Origin: Rhodoferax sp.
GTDB lineage: Bacteria > Pseudomonadota > Gammaproteobacteria > Burkholderiales > Burkholderiaceae_C
DNA: 50,188 nucleotides
Direction: 5' to 3'
NCBI RefSeq assembly: GCF_014859475.1
Contig: NZ_JACUUE010000001.1
Coordinates: forward strand, 1 to 50,188
Position numbers and translations under genes: made by a program
Part shown: positions 37,687 through 46,086 of the stretch, in pieces
Layout of the letters: each line of letters starts with the position of its first letter
Numbering within the stretch: the stretch's first letter is position 1
The notes under the pieces: generated by a model
What the model saw: the letters and a program-made list of their open reading frames with translations, nothing else
Told to the model about the DNA's origin: nothing
Databases searched by the model: none

Positions 37687-38757
37687 TTAGAACCGGATAT
37701 GGGTCGATGCGTTCAGGCTGGAACGCGAACCGCGCCAGTCGTCGATCAGGTACTTGGTGAACGGCAGGTCGCACTTTTCAAAAAATGCGGGCCAGCCGAT
37801 GCGCTCGATCCAGTCCGACACCCGCTCCCAGGAGCGTGCGTCAGCCTTGTAGGTGTACAAAATCTTCTTGACCATGGCCGACACTTCGGGCCAGCGCGGC
37901 GGGTTGTTGGGCAGGCCCGAGGCCACCATCTTCATGAAGGTCGGTTTGCCGCGCGCATTGGAGTTCTTGCCGCCCACCCAGATCGCCAGCTTGCTGTGAT
38001 CCGGGTCGTTGATCTGCATCGGTGGGCAGGGTGGGAAGCAGGCGCCGCAGCACATGCACTTGGACTCGTCAATTTCCAGCGAAGGCCGACCGTTGACCAT
38101 GGCCGGTCGGATGGCCGCCACCGGGCAGCGCGCCACCACGGTGGGGCGTTCGCACATGTTGGCCACCAGGTCGTGGTTGATCTTGGGCGGCTTGGTGTGC
38201 TGCATGACGATGGCAATGTCGGCCTGGCCGCCGCAGTTGATCTCACAGCATGAGGTGGACAGGTGCACCCGGTTGGGCATCTCCTCTTTGATGAACTCGG
38301 CGTGCAATTCATCCATCAGGGCCTTGACGGCGCCCGAGGCGTCGGTGCCCGGAATGTCGCAGTGCAGCCAGCCCTGGGTGTGGGCAATGGAAGACACCGA
38401 GTTGCCGGTGCCGCCAACCGGGAAACCATTGTTGGTCAGCGCCTCCACCAGCGGCTCGACGCGCGCCGGGTCAGACACCATGTACTCGATGTTGGAGCGA
38501 ATGGTAAAGCGCACATGGCCGTCGGCGTAAGTGTCGGCAATGTCGCACAGCTTGCGGATGGTGAACAAGTCCATTTGCCGCTGCGTGCCGGCACGAACCG
38601 TCCAGATCTGGTCGCCGCTGTGGGCCACATGGTGCAGCACGCCCGGACGCGGCCGGTCATGGTACTTCCAGTTGCCATAATTTTTGGCCATCAGGGGGTG
38701 CAGAAACGGCTTGTTATCCGGAACGCCGCTCTCAATGGGGGTGCGCATAGTTGCCAT
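37687..38757 (-). CDS. dsrB: Reverse dissimilatory sulfite reductase beta subunit
   Basis: NYGNWKYH, HTQGWLHCDIPGTDASG, CCEINCG, CMCCGAC and PNNPPRWP. Confidence 0.97.
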   Translation of the reverse strand: MATMRTPIESGVPDNKPFLHPLMAKNYGNWKYHDRPRPGVLHHVAHSGDQIWTVRAGTQRQMDLFTIRKLCDIADTYADGHVRFTIRSNIEYMVSDPARVEPLVEALTNNGFPVGGTGNSVSSIAHTQGWLHCDIPGTDASGAVKALMDELHAEFIKEEMPNRVHLSTSCCEINCGGQADIAIVMQHTKPPKINHDLVANMCERPTVVARCPVAAIRPAMVNGRPSLEIDESKCMCCGACFPPCPPMQINDPDHSKLAIWVGGKNSNARGKPTFMKMVASGLPNNPPRWPEVSAMVKKILYTYKADARSWERVSDWIERIGWPAFFEKCDLPFTKYLIDDWRGSRSSLNASTHIRF

Positions 38758-38793
38758 GGTGATCTTTCTTAATCAGTTGAGGACAAGTCGGCT

Positions 38794-40071
38794 TCAGGCC
38801 GCTTTGCGGGCATTGATCCTGGCCACTTCATCATCCCAGCCGTCGGTGCGGACGTAGGGGTTGGTGCGTGGCGTGGCGACCATGCTGGGGTCGATCTCGA
38901 CGCCGATGCCTTCGAGGAAATTGATCAGGCCGATGCGCTCGATCATCTCGCCGGTGCGCTCGTGCTCCAGCGCGTTTTCGGCAAAGAAGTCAATCGACTT
39001 CTGACCCAACTCCACCAGCGCCTCGTAGTCTTCGTCGGTCTCCATGGGCATGAAGGGAATGACCACGGTGCCCATCAGGTCGCCGATCTTGAGGGTACGC
39101 TTGCCGCCCATCAGCACCGTGACGCCCTTGTCAACGCCGGTGGCCAGCGCGCCGGTCATGACGTTGATGCAATGCATGCAGCGCACGCAGTTGCCGTTGT
39201 CGATTTCCAGGCAATGGCTGTCGCTGACCTTGACGCTGGAAATCTTGTCACCGGTGGCAACATCCTTGATTTCCTTGAGCATGATGGCCTTGGTCGGGCA
39301 ACGGCTGACCACGTCGTTAACGAGCTCGGTCATGCCGTGCTTGTCGAACCATTTGCGTGCCAGCGCCTCGTCGGTGCGGATGTTGTCGCGCCAGGTGCCG
39401 ATAACGGCCATGTCGGCGCGCTGGATCGAGTTCATGCAGTCGTTGGGGCAGCCCGAGAACTTGAACTTGAACTTGTAAGGCAGCGCCGGGCGGTGCATGT
39501 CGTCAAGGAAAGTGTTGAGTACCTGGCGATGGGCACGCGCCTCGTCGAAGCAGGACTGCTCGCAGCGCGCCGCACCGACACACGACATGCTGGTGCGCAC
39601 CGCCGGACCGGCGCCGCCGAGGTCGAAGCCGAGTTCATTGAGTTCGTCAAAAGCACCCTGCACGTTGGCCGTGCTGGTACCCTGGAACATGATGTCACCC
39701 GACTGGCCGTGAAAGGCGATCAGACCGGAGCCATGACGTTCCCAGATGTCGCACATATTTCGCAGCAAATCAGAGGTGTAGTGCATTCCCGCAGTCGGCA
39801 TGATGCGCAGGGTGTGGAATTCCTTGGAAGCCGGAAACATTTCAGCGACTTCGGAAAAACGGGGAATAACGCCACCGCCGTAGCCAAACACGCCCACCGT
39901 GCCACCCTTCCAGTAGCCCTTGCGGGTTTTGTACGAGTGTTCCAGCTGACCCATCAGGTCGGTCATGTACTCGCTGTCCTTGGCCAGTCGTTTCAGACCG
40001 GTGACAAAGCTGGGCCATGGACCGCTTTCAAGCTGGTCAAGCATGGGGGTATCGTGTTGCTTAATGCTCAT
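38794..40071 (-). CDS. dsrA: Reverse dissimilatory sulfite reductase alpha subunit
   Basis: TPMLDQLESGPWPSFV, WKGG.VGVFGYGGG, CVGAARCEQSC, KFSGCPNDC and CVRCMHC; AGGAG RBS. Confidence 0.97.
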   Translation of the reverse strand: MSIKQHDTPMLDQLESGPWPSFVTGLKRLAKDSEYMTDLMGQLEHSYKTRKGYWKGGTVGVFGYGGGVIPRFSEVAEMFPASKEFHTLRIMPTAGMHYTSDLLRNMCDIWERHGSGLIAFHGQSGDIMFQGTSTANVQGAFDELNELGFDLGGAGPAVRTSMSCVGAARCEQSCFDEARAHRQVLNTFLDDMHRPALPYKFKFKFSGCPNDCMNSIQRADMAVIGTWRDNIRTDEALARKWFDKHGMTELVNDVVSRCPTKAIMLKEIKDVATGDKISSVKVSDSHCLEIDNGNCVRCMHCINVMTGALATGVDKGVTVLMGGKRTLKIGDLMGTVVIPFMPMETDEDYEALVELGQKSIDFFAENALEHERTGEMIERIGLINFLEGIGVEIDPSMVATPRTNPYVRTDGWDDEVARINARKAA

Positions 40072-40202
40072 AGAGTGTCTCCTGTCAAGGGTGCGCAAGT
40101 CTTGCGCTGTATCGTCGAACCGGGTGTGTTACTCAGTGGCCTGCATGCCGGGCTACTACGTCAACCGTGAGGCAAATAGTACGATTGACGCTGCCCCCTC
40201 TG

Positions 40203-40245
40203 CTATCCCCCTCGTTGGGTATTTGGGGCTACCCATTTGGGCTAT
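40203..40245. promoter_or_regulatory. Bipartite 7-2-7 operator upstream of dsrA
   Basis: Strong box CTACCCA-TT-TGGGCTA (40229-40244) and CTATC at the same offset as in the soeA and tusA copies. A -10-like TACTAT lies on the minus strand at 40176-40181. Confidence 0.65.
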
Positions 40246-40397
40246 ATCACCCCACCCGTCCCGGTAATAGACGACCGGGGTCCACTTTGCGCCCAATAGC
40301 GGTATGCGCGTTGTTTGGCGATGCGGGCCCATGGCCCCATGGCAACACCGCCTGCCAGTTTGTTTTTCAGTTTTCTTATTGAGCCACCACCCACACC

Positions 40398-40637
40398 ATG
40401 ACCACCCTGACACCGTTGGCTAAATTCACCATTCCCGTGAGTGCGCAGGTCATTGAGCTGCAACAACTGGACTATGAAGGTGGCAGCATGAGCCTGCTGC
40501 GCACCCGCATCCGTGAGAAAAGCCGCTTCACCGTGTTTGATATCGACCCCCAGTCGGCCCGGCAATGGGGCGAGGCCTTGCTGCGCTGGGCATCGGAACA
40601 GCCCGACAACCAAACCCCTTCGCAAGAACCTGTATGA
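40398..40637 (+). CDS. Small hypothetical protein (DUF6967-like by recollection)
   Basis: 79 aa, LRTRIREKSRFTVFDID; its stop overlaps the next ATG. Confidence 0.7.
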   Translation: MTTLTPLAKFTIPVSAQVIELQQLDYEGGSMSLLRTRIREKSRFTVFDIDPQSARQWGEALLRWASEQPDNQTPSQEPV

Positions 40638-41248
40638 CCACCGCAGCCCCTGAACTCTGCTCCACGGTCGATCTGATTTTCCCCATCAGCGGGCGATTTC
40701 TGCCGCGCGACCATGCCCAGCCACTCAGAGACGCCTTGTGCAGCGCCTGGCCCTGGCTGGAAGGCGAGCCGCTGGCCGGTGTGCAGGGCATCAAGCTGGT
40801 GCCCGGCACCGAGCCGCAGGCCATGCTGTCGCGCCGGACCAAACTGTTGCTGCGCTTGTCACGCCCGCGCGCCAGCGAACTGCTGGACGGCCCCGGCCTT
40901 GACATCGACGTGGCGGGCCACGCCTTGCATCTGGACGCGCCGCATGTGCGTGAGCTGGTGCCGCACACCACGCTCTATGCCTACCACGTGGTGGCGGCCG
41001 ACACCGACGAGGTGGCTTTCATGGCTGCCGTCACCCGGGAGCTGACTGAGCTGGGCATCGGCGGCGAGCGCGTGTGCGGCAAGCGCCAGCGCATGACGCT
41101 TGCCAGTGGTGTGGTGACCACCTTCAGCCTGATGCTGCACGGATTGGCCCCGGAGCCCTCGCTGCACCTGCAACAGCACGGCATCGGCCCGCACCGGCTG
41201 CTGGGCTGCGGCATTTTCATTCCGCACAAATCCGCCGCCGCGGTGTGA
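40634..41248 (+). CDS. cas6: Orphan Cas6-family RAMP protein (type I-MYXAN Cas6/Cmx6-like)
   Basis: VDLIFPISG..LPRDH N-terminus, SRRTKLLLRL and the C-terminal glycine-rich loop LQQHGIGPHRLLGCGIFIP. Confidence 0.82.
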   Translation: MTTAAPELCSTVDLIFPISGRFLPRDHAQPLRDALCSAWPWLEGEPLAGVQGIKLVPGTEPQAMLSRRTKLLLRLSRPRASELLDGPGLDIDVAGHALHLDAPHVRELVPHTTLYAYHVVAADTDEVAFMAAVTRELTELGIGGERVCGKRQRMTLASGVVTTFSLMLHGLAPEPSLHLQQHGIGPHRLLGCGIFIPHKSAAAV

Positions 41249-41281
41249 CCAAATTCATTAACTGAAACAAGGAGAGATTCA

Positions 41282-41611
41282 ATGAGCTACACCATCAATG
41301 GCACTGAATACGAAACCGACGAGCAAGGTTTTTTGTTGGAGCCACTGTATGAAGATGACGCGGTCCGCGTCATTGCCGCTGCGGAAAACATCAGCCTGAC
41401 CGATGCGCATTGGGAAGTGATCAACTACCTGCGCGAGCAATACCGCGAGCACGGCCATACCCCCAACTTCCGCAACATGCTGAAAAGCTTTGCCGAAGTT
41501 CATCCGGGCGTTGACAGCAAGTACCTCTACGACCTGTTCCCCATTGGTCCCGCCAAGCAAGGCCCCAAAGTGGCGGCACTGCCGCAACCCCTGGGCAAGG
41601 GCGGTTACTGA
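41282..41611 (+). CDS. DsrC/TusE-family paralog lacking both catalytic cysteines
   Basis: TDEQGFL, LTDAHWEVI and YLYDLFPIGPAKQ; ends VAALPQPLGKGGY; AGGAG RBS. Confidence 0.88.
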   Translation: MSYTINGTEYETDEQGFLLEPLYEDDAVRVIAAAENISLTDAHWEVINYLREQYREHGHTPNFRNMLKSFAEVHPGVDSKYLYDLFPIGPAKQGPKVAALPQPLGKGGY

Positions 41612-41665
41612 TATGCCCCTGCGTGCGCCACCTTGCAGGCACCCTTACTCAGCCCGGTGCGCCGT

Positions 41666-42283
41666 ATGGCCAACATAAGAATCAAGAGCCAGTGGTTTCG
41701 CGATGGCGCCGCCAAGACGCCACAGCAAAATGCCAGCGCCATGGCCTTCATCACCTGGCGCGTGGCGCAAAACATGCTCAAGCAAATGCGCAGCGCGCGA
41801 TTTGACATCGAGGTCGGGCCGCAGTATTTTGATTTCACCCGCGAGGTGCTGATATTTTTGACCCAGGTGCTCGACCGCATGGCGCATGCGCGCATGGAAG
41901 ATGCCGAGCGCGGTGAGTTCATGACTGCGCTGGTGCAGCGCGTGGCGCAGATTTTGCAAGACAACGAAGACGGCCTGATGGGTGAGCCAGCCGCCGGACA
42001 AGTCAGCCACTACGAGCAGTTCATCGATCTGTTCAACGAATTGTCAGAGCACTATGCCGACTTTGGCTTTGATGCCAAGGGGCCGGACTTTGCCTTTGTA
42101 CGCTACCTCGGGCACCGCATCGAAGCGCTGATGCCGCAAAAAGACCAGCGCTGGGTGGTTGACCAGATCATGGCCAGCGAAGTGCCAGATGCCCTCGACA
42201 TGATCCAGCGCGGCATGGACGGCGTGTTGTCCACCGAGCCCCGGCCGGCGCGCGCGTCCCGCACTGCGAACACGGGTGATTGA
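41666..42283 (+). CDS. Hypothetical helical protein
   Basis: Protein-like ORF (RIKSQWF...AFITWRVA...DQRWVVDQIM) tightly packed in the operon. Start uncertain. Confidence 0.72.
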   Translation: MANIRIKSQWFRDGAAKTPQQNASAMAFITWRVAQNMLKQMRSARFDIEVGPQYFDFTREVLIFLTQVLDRMAHARMEDAERGEFMTALVQRVAQILQDNEDGLMGEPAAGQVSHYEQFIDLFNELSEHYADFGFDAKGPDFAFVRYLGHRIEALMPQKDQRWVVDQIMASEVPDALDMIQRGMDGVLSTEPRPARASRTANTGD

Positions 42284-42289
42284 GCTGCC

Positions 42290-43189
42290 ATGAGTCATCC
42301 TTTTGACCTGACACAAGCCGGCGCCTACCAGCGCTGGCGCGACGCAAAATTGGCCAGTCAGCCGCGCCAGGCGGCCGACCTGATTGTCGATGTGGCCGAT
42401 CCCCGGGCCTTGTCCGCCAGCGAGCGCGAGGCGCTGTTGCAGCGCTGCGCCGTGGCCAACATGGCCATCTACCGCAGCCCGGTCATCACGGAAGACAAGG
42501 CCATTCCGGTGCAACTGGCGCGCCAGCTTGGCCTGCACCAGCTCGACGGCAACTGGCTCGCTGACGAAGACGGCATTTCTCCGATTGCCGTGGCCGCGCC
42601 TACCGGCGACCGCCCAGCCTTCATCCCCTACACCAACCGCCCCATCAAGTGGCACACCGACGGTTACTACCAACCCGAGACCCGCCCCATCCGTGCCATG
42701 GTGCTGCATTGCGTGCGTCCGGCGCGCCAGGGCGGCGAGACGGCGCTGATGAATCACGAAATGGCTTACGTTGCCCTGCGCGAAGCCAACCCCGACTGGG
42801 TGCGCGCGCTGATGGCGCCGGATGCCATGACCATTCCAGAACGGATTGACGATGACGGCATAGCCCGCCCCGAGCAAGCCGGGCCGGTGTTCATGGTCGA
42901 TACCACCAGCGGCCAATTGAACATGCGCTACACGGCGCGCACGCGCAGCATTGTCTGGAAGGACGATGCCGCCACGCGTGAGGCCGTGGCCTTCCTGGCT
43001 GATTTTTTGGCCAGCGACAGCCGCCATATTTTTCGCTTGACGCTTGAAGCGGGCATGGGGCTGGTGTGCAACAACGTGCTGCACGACCGCGCCGGTTTTG
43101 CAGACGACCCGCAGCAGCCCCGCTTGCTCTACCGGGCGCGTTATCTCGACCGGTTGGCCCGGTCCACTTCAGGAGCCGTCGCACCATGA
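42290..43189 (+). CDS. TauD/TfdA-family Fe(II)/2-oxoglutarate dioxygenase
   Basis: WHTDG (HxD), LHC...GGET and NNVLHDR...RLLYRARY. Confidence 0.85.
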   Translation: MSHPFDLTQAGAYQRWRDAKLASQPRQAADLIVDVADPRALSASEREALLQRCAVANMAIYRSPVITEDKAIPVQLARQLGLHQLDGNWLADEDGISPIAVAAPTGDRPAFIPYTNRPIKWHTDGYYQPETRPIRAMVLHCVRPARQGGETALMNHEMAYVALREANPDWVRALMAPDAMTIPERIDDDGIARPEQAGPVFMVDTTSGQLNMRYTARTRSIVWKDDAATREAVAFLADFLASDSRHIFRLTLEAGMGLVCNNVLHDRAGFADDPQQPRLLYRARYLDRLARSTSGAVAP

Positions 43190-44661
43190 GCCACCAGGTC
43201 AGCATTTGGCGTGCCGCCCAGTTGCTGGGCGTGGCACGCGGCGTGCTGCAGCAGCAAGTGCGTGACGGCACTCTGGTCTTGAACGACGGCTGGGTTTCGA
43301 CCGACGTGTTGCTGCGGCTTTACCCGGATGCCAAGCTCGAAGAGTCGGGGCTGCTGGAGCGGGTCTCGCAAATTCGCGACGAGGCCTTTGGCAAACGGGT
43401 GCGTGAACGCATGTTGCCGAGCCAGGAGGTGCTGGCGCAACGCCTGTTCGCGCAAAGCCAGGAGCTTGCCGATGTGCGCAAACACCTGCAGCGCTACCAC
43501 GAGCTGGTGGTGGCCCTGCAACAGGGAATCCGCCAGCAGCTGAACCAGCACCCCGGCGCCGCCAGCTGGCTGGCACTGGAACAGCAAATCACGCACGGGC
43601 TGGCCAAGGTGCTGGCCACCGAGTCGGTTGACCTTCTGGAAGTGATGGACGATATGCTCAAAGTGATGACCGCCGAGGTCACCGTGCGCCCCAGCGGACA
43701 CCAGTTCGCCGTGGAAGGCCGCGCCAACCTGTTGCAGGCGGGTTTGCACGCCGGGCTCAAACTCAATTACGGCTGCGGCAACGGCAGTTGTGGCATGTGC
43801 AAGGTGCGCGTGATCGCGGGCGAAGTGGCCAAAATCCAGCACTTTGATTACCCCCTGTCAGAAGCCGAAAAAAACCAGGGCTACACGCTGATGTGCTGCC
43901 ACACCGCCGCCAGCAGTGAGCTCACACTGGAGCTGCTCGAAACCAGTGACCCGCTTGATATTCCTGAGCAGTTGATTGCCAGCCAGGTGCGCGCCATCAC
44001 ACGGCTGGCGCCCAATACGCTGTTGCTGCACCTGCAAACGCCGCGCAGCCATCGCTTGCGCTTTCTCGCCGGCCAGTCGGTGCAGTTGGGTTGGACCCAG
44101 GTTGGCCATGAGGACGTATCAACCAGCTACCCGGTTGCCAGTTGCCCCTGTGATGAACGCAATTTGCTTTTTTTCATCACCCGCAACGAAGCCGACAGTT
44201 TTGCCCAGCGCCTGTTTGCCGGCGACATCAAGCAAGGCGCCACCGTCACGGTGCTGGGCCCGAGCGGCGAATTCGTGCTGTCAGAGGGCCATCGCCCGCT
44301 GGTCTTTGCCGCCTGCGATGCCGGCTTTGGCCCGGTCAAGAGCCTGATCGAGCACGCCATGTCGCTCGACGCCGCGCCATCGCTGACACTGTTCTGGCTG
44401 GCCACCCGGTCTGATGGCCATTTTTACAGCAACCAGTGCCGGGCCTGGTCGGAAGCACTCGATCAGTTCGAGTACGAGCTGATCACCCACCCCGATGCAG
44501 CCTTGGGGGCGTGGCAAATGGCCCAGGCCATGCGCGCCGATTTGTTTGACATCGACTGCGACTTTTACCTGGCGGGGCCGACCGAGTTCGTTATGACACT
44601 GCACGACGAACTGCGCGCCTCGGGTGTTGCCGAAGCCCAGATTTCATCGTTGGTGCTTTGA
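43186..44661 (+). CDS. 2Fe-2S ferredoxin / FAD-NAD oxidoreductase (AscD-like) with an N-terminal HTH-like and coiled-coil extension
   Basis: YGCGNGSCGMCK...LMC, FLAGQ, YPVAS and GPSGEF; ATGA overlap with the TauD gene. Confidence 0.82.
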   Translation: MSHQVSIWRAAQLLGVARGVLQQQVRDGTLVLNDGWVSTDVLLRLYPDAKLEESGLLERVSQIRDEAFGKRVRERMLPSQEVLAQRLFAQSQELADVRKHLQRYHELVVALQQGIRQQLNQHPGAASWLALEQQITHGLAKVLATESVDLLEVMDDMLKVMTAEVTVRPSGHQFAVEGRANLLQAGLHAGLKLNYGCGNGSCGMCKVRVIAGEVAKIQHFDYPLSEAEKNQGYTLMCCHTAASSELTLELLETSDPLDIPEQLIASQVRAITRLAPNTLLLHLQTPRSHRLRFLAGQSVQLGWTQVGHEDVSTSYPVASCPCDERNLLFFITRNEADSFAQRLFAGDIKQGATVTVLGPSGEFVLSEGHRPLVFAACDAGFGPVKSLIEHAMSLDAAPSLTLFWLATRSDGHFYSNQCRAWSEALDQFEYELITHPDAALGAWQMAQAMRADLFDIDCDFYLAGPTEFVMTLHDELRASGVAEAQISSLVL

Positions 44662-44689
44662 TTTTTACAAGCCATTGGCTGATTTCAAC

Positions 44690-45088
44690 ATGCAAGCTCA
44701 GAATCATGAATCCACCGGAGCCAACCAAGCCGCAGCAAACCATACCGAGGCCGCGCAGGCGGCCTTCGACGCGGCTTTGCCCGATTGCGCCGGGGGTGAG
44801 TCTTTTGCACTGATGGTGCAAGGCCAGAGCATGTACCCCGAGTTTCAGGAGGGCGAAATCATCATCATCGAGCCCGAAGGCCTGGCCCGCGACGGCTCTT
44901 ACGTGCTGGCCTGGCATCAGGCGCAGTGGACCTTCAGGCAACTGCTGCGCAGCGAAACTGGCTGGCTGCTGCATGCGCTGAATCCGGCCTTTGCCGATGA
45001 CCCCATCGCAGATCTGTCGCCGGTTCGCGGCGTCATCATTCAAAAGGCGCTACCCGGCCGACGCCGCGCTTCCAAGCATTACATCTGA
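44690..45088 (+). CDS. Stand-alone S24 (LexA/UmuD-type) peptidase-like domain
   Basis: FALMVQGQSMYPEF.EGEIIII and LHALNPAF; no HTH domain. Confidence 0.8.
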   Translation: MQAQNHESTGANQAAANHTEAAQAAFDAALPDCAGGESFALMVQGQSMYPEFQEGEIIIIEPEGLARDGSYVLAWHQAQWTFRQLLRSETGWLLHALNPAFADDPIADLSPVRGVIIQKALPGRRRASKHYI

Positions 45089-45118
45089 CGTCGCGCTCAA
45101 GCTCACCCGATCCGCACC

Positions 45119-45337
45119 ATGCCCTACTACATCTACCACATCAAACCTTTTGCCCAGCTTGAACAACTCAGCGTCTTCGAGAGTTTTGCCGAGGCATCCA
45201 AACAAGCCAAGGCGCTGCGGCTGTCGCTTGACTTGCCAGCCTCGGAAAAAGTCAAAGTGATTTTTGCCGACAACCCGCTGCAGGCCGAAGACCTGCTGTG
45301 CCAGGTACGCACGGCCGGCCCCAAGGGCGACGACTGA
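45119..45337 (+). CDS. Small hypothetical protein
   Basis: 72 aa, MPYYIYHI...VKVIFA, co-oriented within the operon. Confidence 0.65.
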   Translation: MPYYIYHIKPFAQLEQLSVFESFAEASKQAKALRLSLDLPASEKVKVIFADNPLQAEDLLCQVRTAGPKGDD

Positions 45338-45346
45338 GGTGGCGCA

Positions 45347-45790
45347 GTGGTCGATGAAGCGGCCTTCCATGCCTCACGCGAGCAGCTCAATCCCAACCCA
45401 TGCGTCTTTGCCAAAGCGATTCTGGCGGGTTGCGCCAGCTGCAGCCTGGCCCGGCACCAGGCGCTGGCCGAACGCGAGGTGGTGGCCTGCAGTCAGAAGG
45501 TCGCGCACATCAACTGCAGCACTTTGAAAGATCTTCTTTACGAGCGTGCCACTTTTGCCTTGCGGCTGCCGCGCCCGGCAAGCGAAATCCCCCACCTGAA
45601 AGCGATGAAGCTGGTCTGTGGCGGATTGCAGGGTCTGCAGGCCGCGCTGGCAGCCCCCAAGCCCGATGTGCACGCCATGGTGCAGTCGGCACAAAGCCGT
45701 CATGACAGTTTGCTCGACCTGCCCTGGCAGGCCATTGTGGTGCACATCGCCGCCTGGCAAATGCGCCGCCGGGCACCGGCGGACCAATGA
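45347..45790 (+). CDS. Cys-rich hypothetical protein
   Basis: CVFAKAILAGCASC...VAC...C...CGGL; GAGG upstream of the GTG. Confidence 0.68.
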   Translation: MVDEAAFHASREQLNPNPCVFAKAILAGCASCSLARHQALAEREVVACSQKVAHINCSTLKDLLYERATFALRLPRPASEIPHLKAMKLVCGGLQGLQAALAAPKPDVHAMVQSAQSRHDSLLDLPWQAIVVHIAAWQMRRRAPADQ

Positions 45791-45792
45791 AG

Positions 45793-46086
45793 CTAAACGC
45801 AGCCCGTGGGCTTGGGCAGACCGCCGTACTTGGTGATCGGTTTCATCGGGCCTGTCATCCACAGCTTGAAGACGCTGTTCTGGTCTTCATTGATGTACTT
45901 GGCAAATTTCCGGATCGGTGGCACGCTGCCGAACTCTTCGTAATAAGCGCGCGCCTTGAGGACGTGTGACCACTTGACATCGTCGAGCTCATAGCCGTCG
46001 GACTCGGCCATGGCACGGCCAATTTCTTCAGTCCAGTCACCCATATCGGTCAGGTAACCGTCGCCATCGCGTTCGGGCAAGTTCAT
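45793..46086 (-). CDS. TusE-type DsrC-family sulfur carrier (only the penultimate Cys)
   Basis: RDGDGYL; C-terminal ITKYGGLPKPTGCV. Confidence 0.85.
   Translation of the reverse strand: MNLPERDGDGYLTDMGDWTEEIGRAMAESDGYELDDVKWSHVLKARAYYEEFGSVPPIRKFAKYINEDQNSVFKLWMTGPMKPITKYGGLPKPTGCV

Noticed and set aside
40326-40342. Tandem CCCCATGG repeat upstream of the accessory operon
   Set aside because: Too short and GC-rich to distinguish from chance.
41666-42283. Possible dsrS
   Set aside because: Too short, and does not resemble DsrS as I recall it; left as hypothetical.
44690-45088. Prophage repressor or umuD remnant indicating a mobile element
   Set aside because: No integrase, transposase, phage genes or umuC anywhere in the window.
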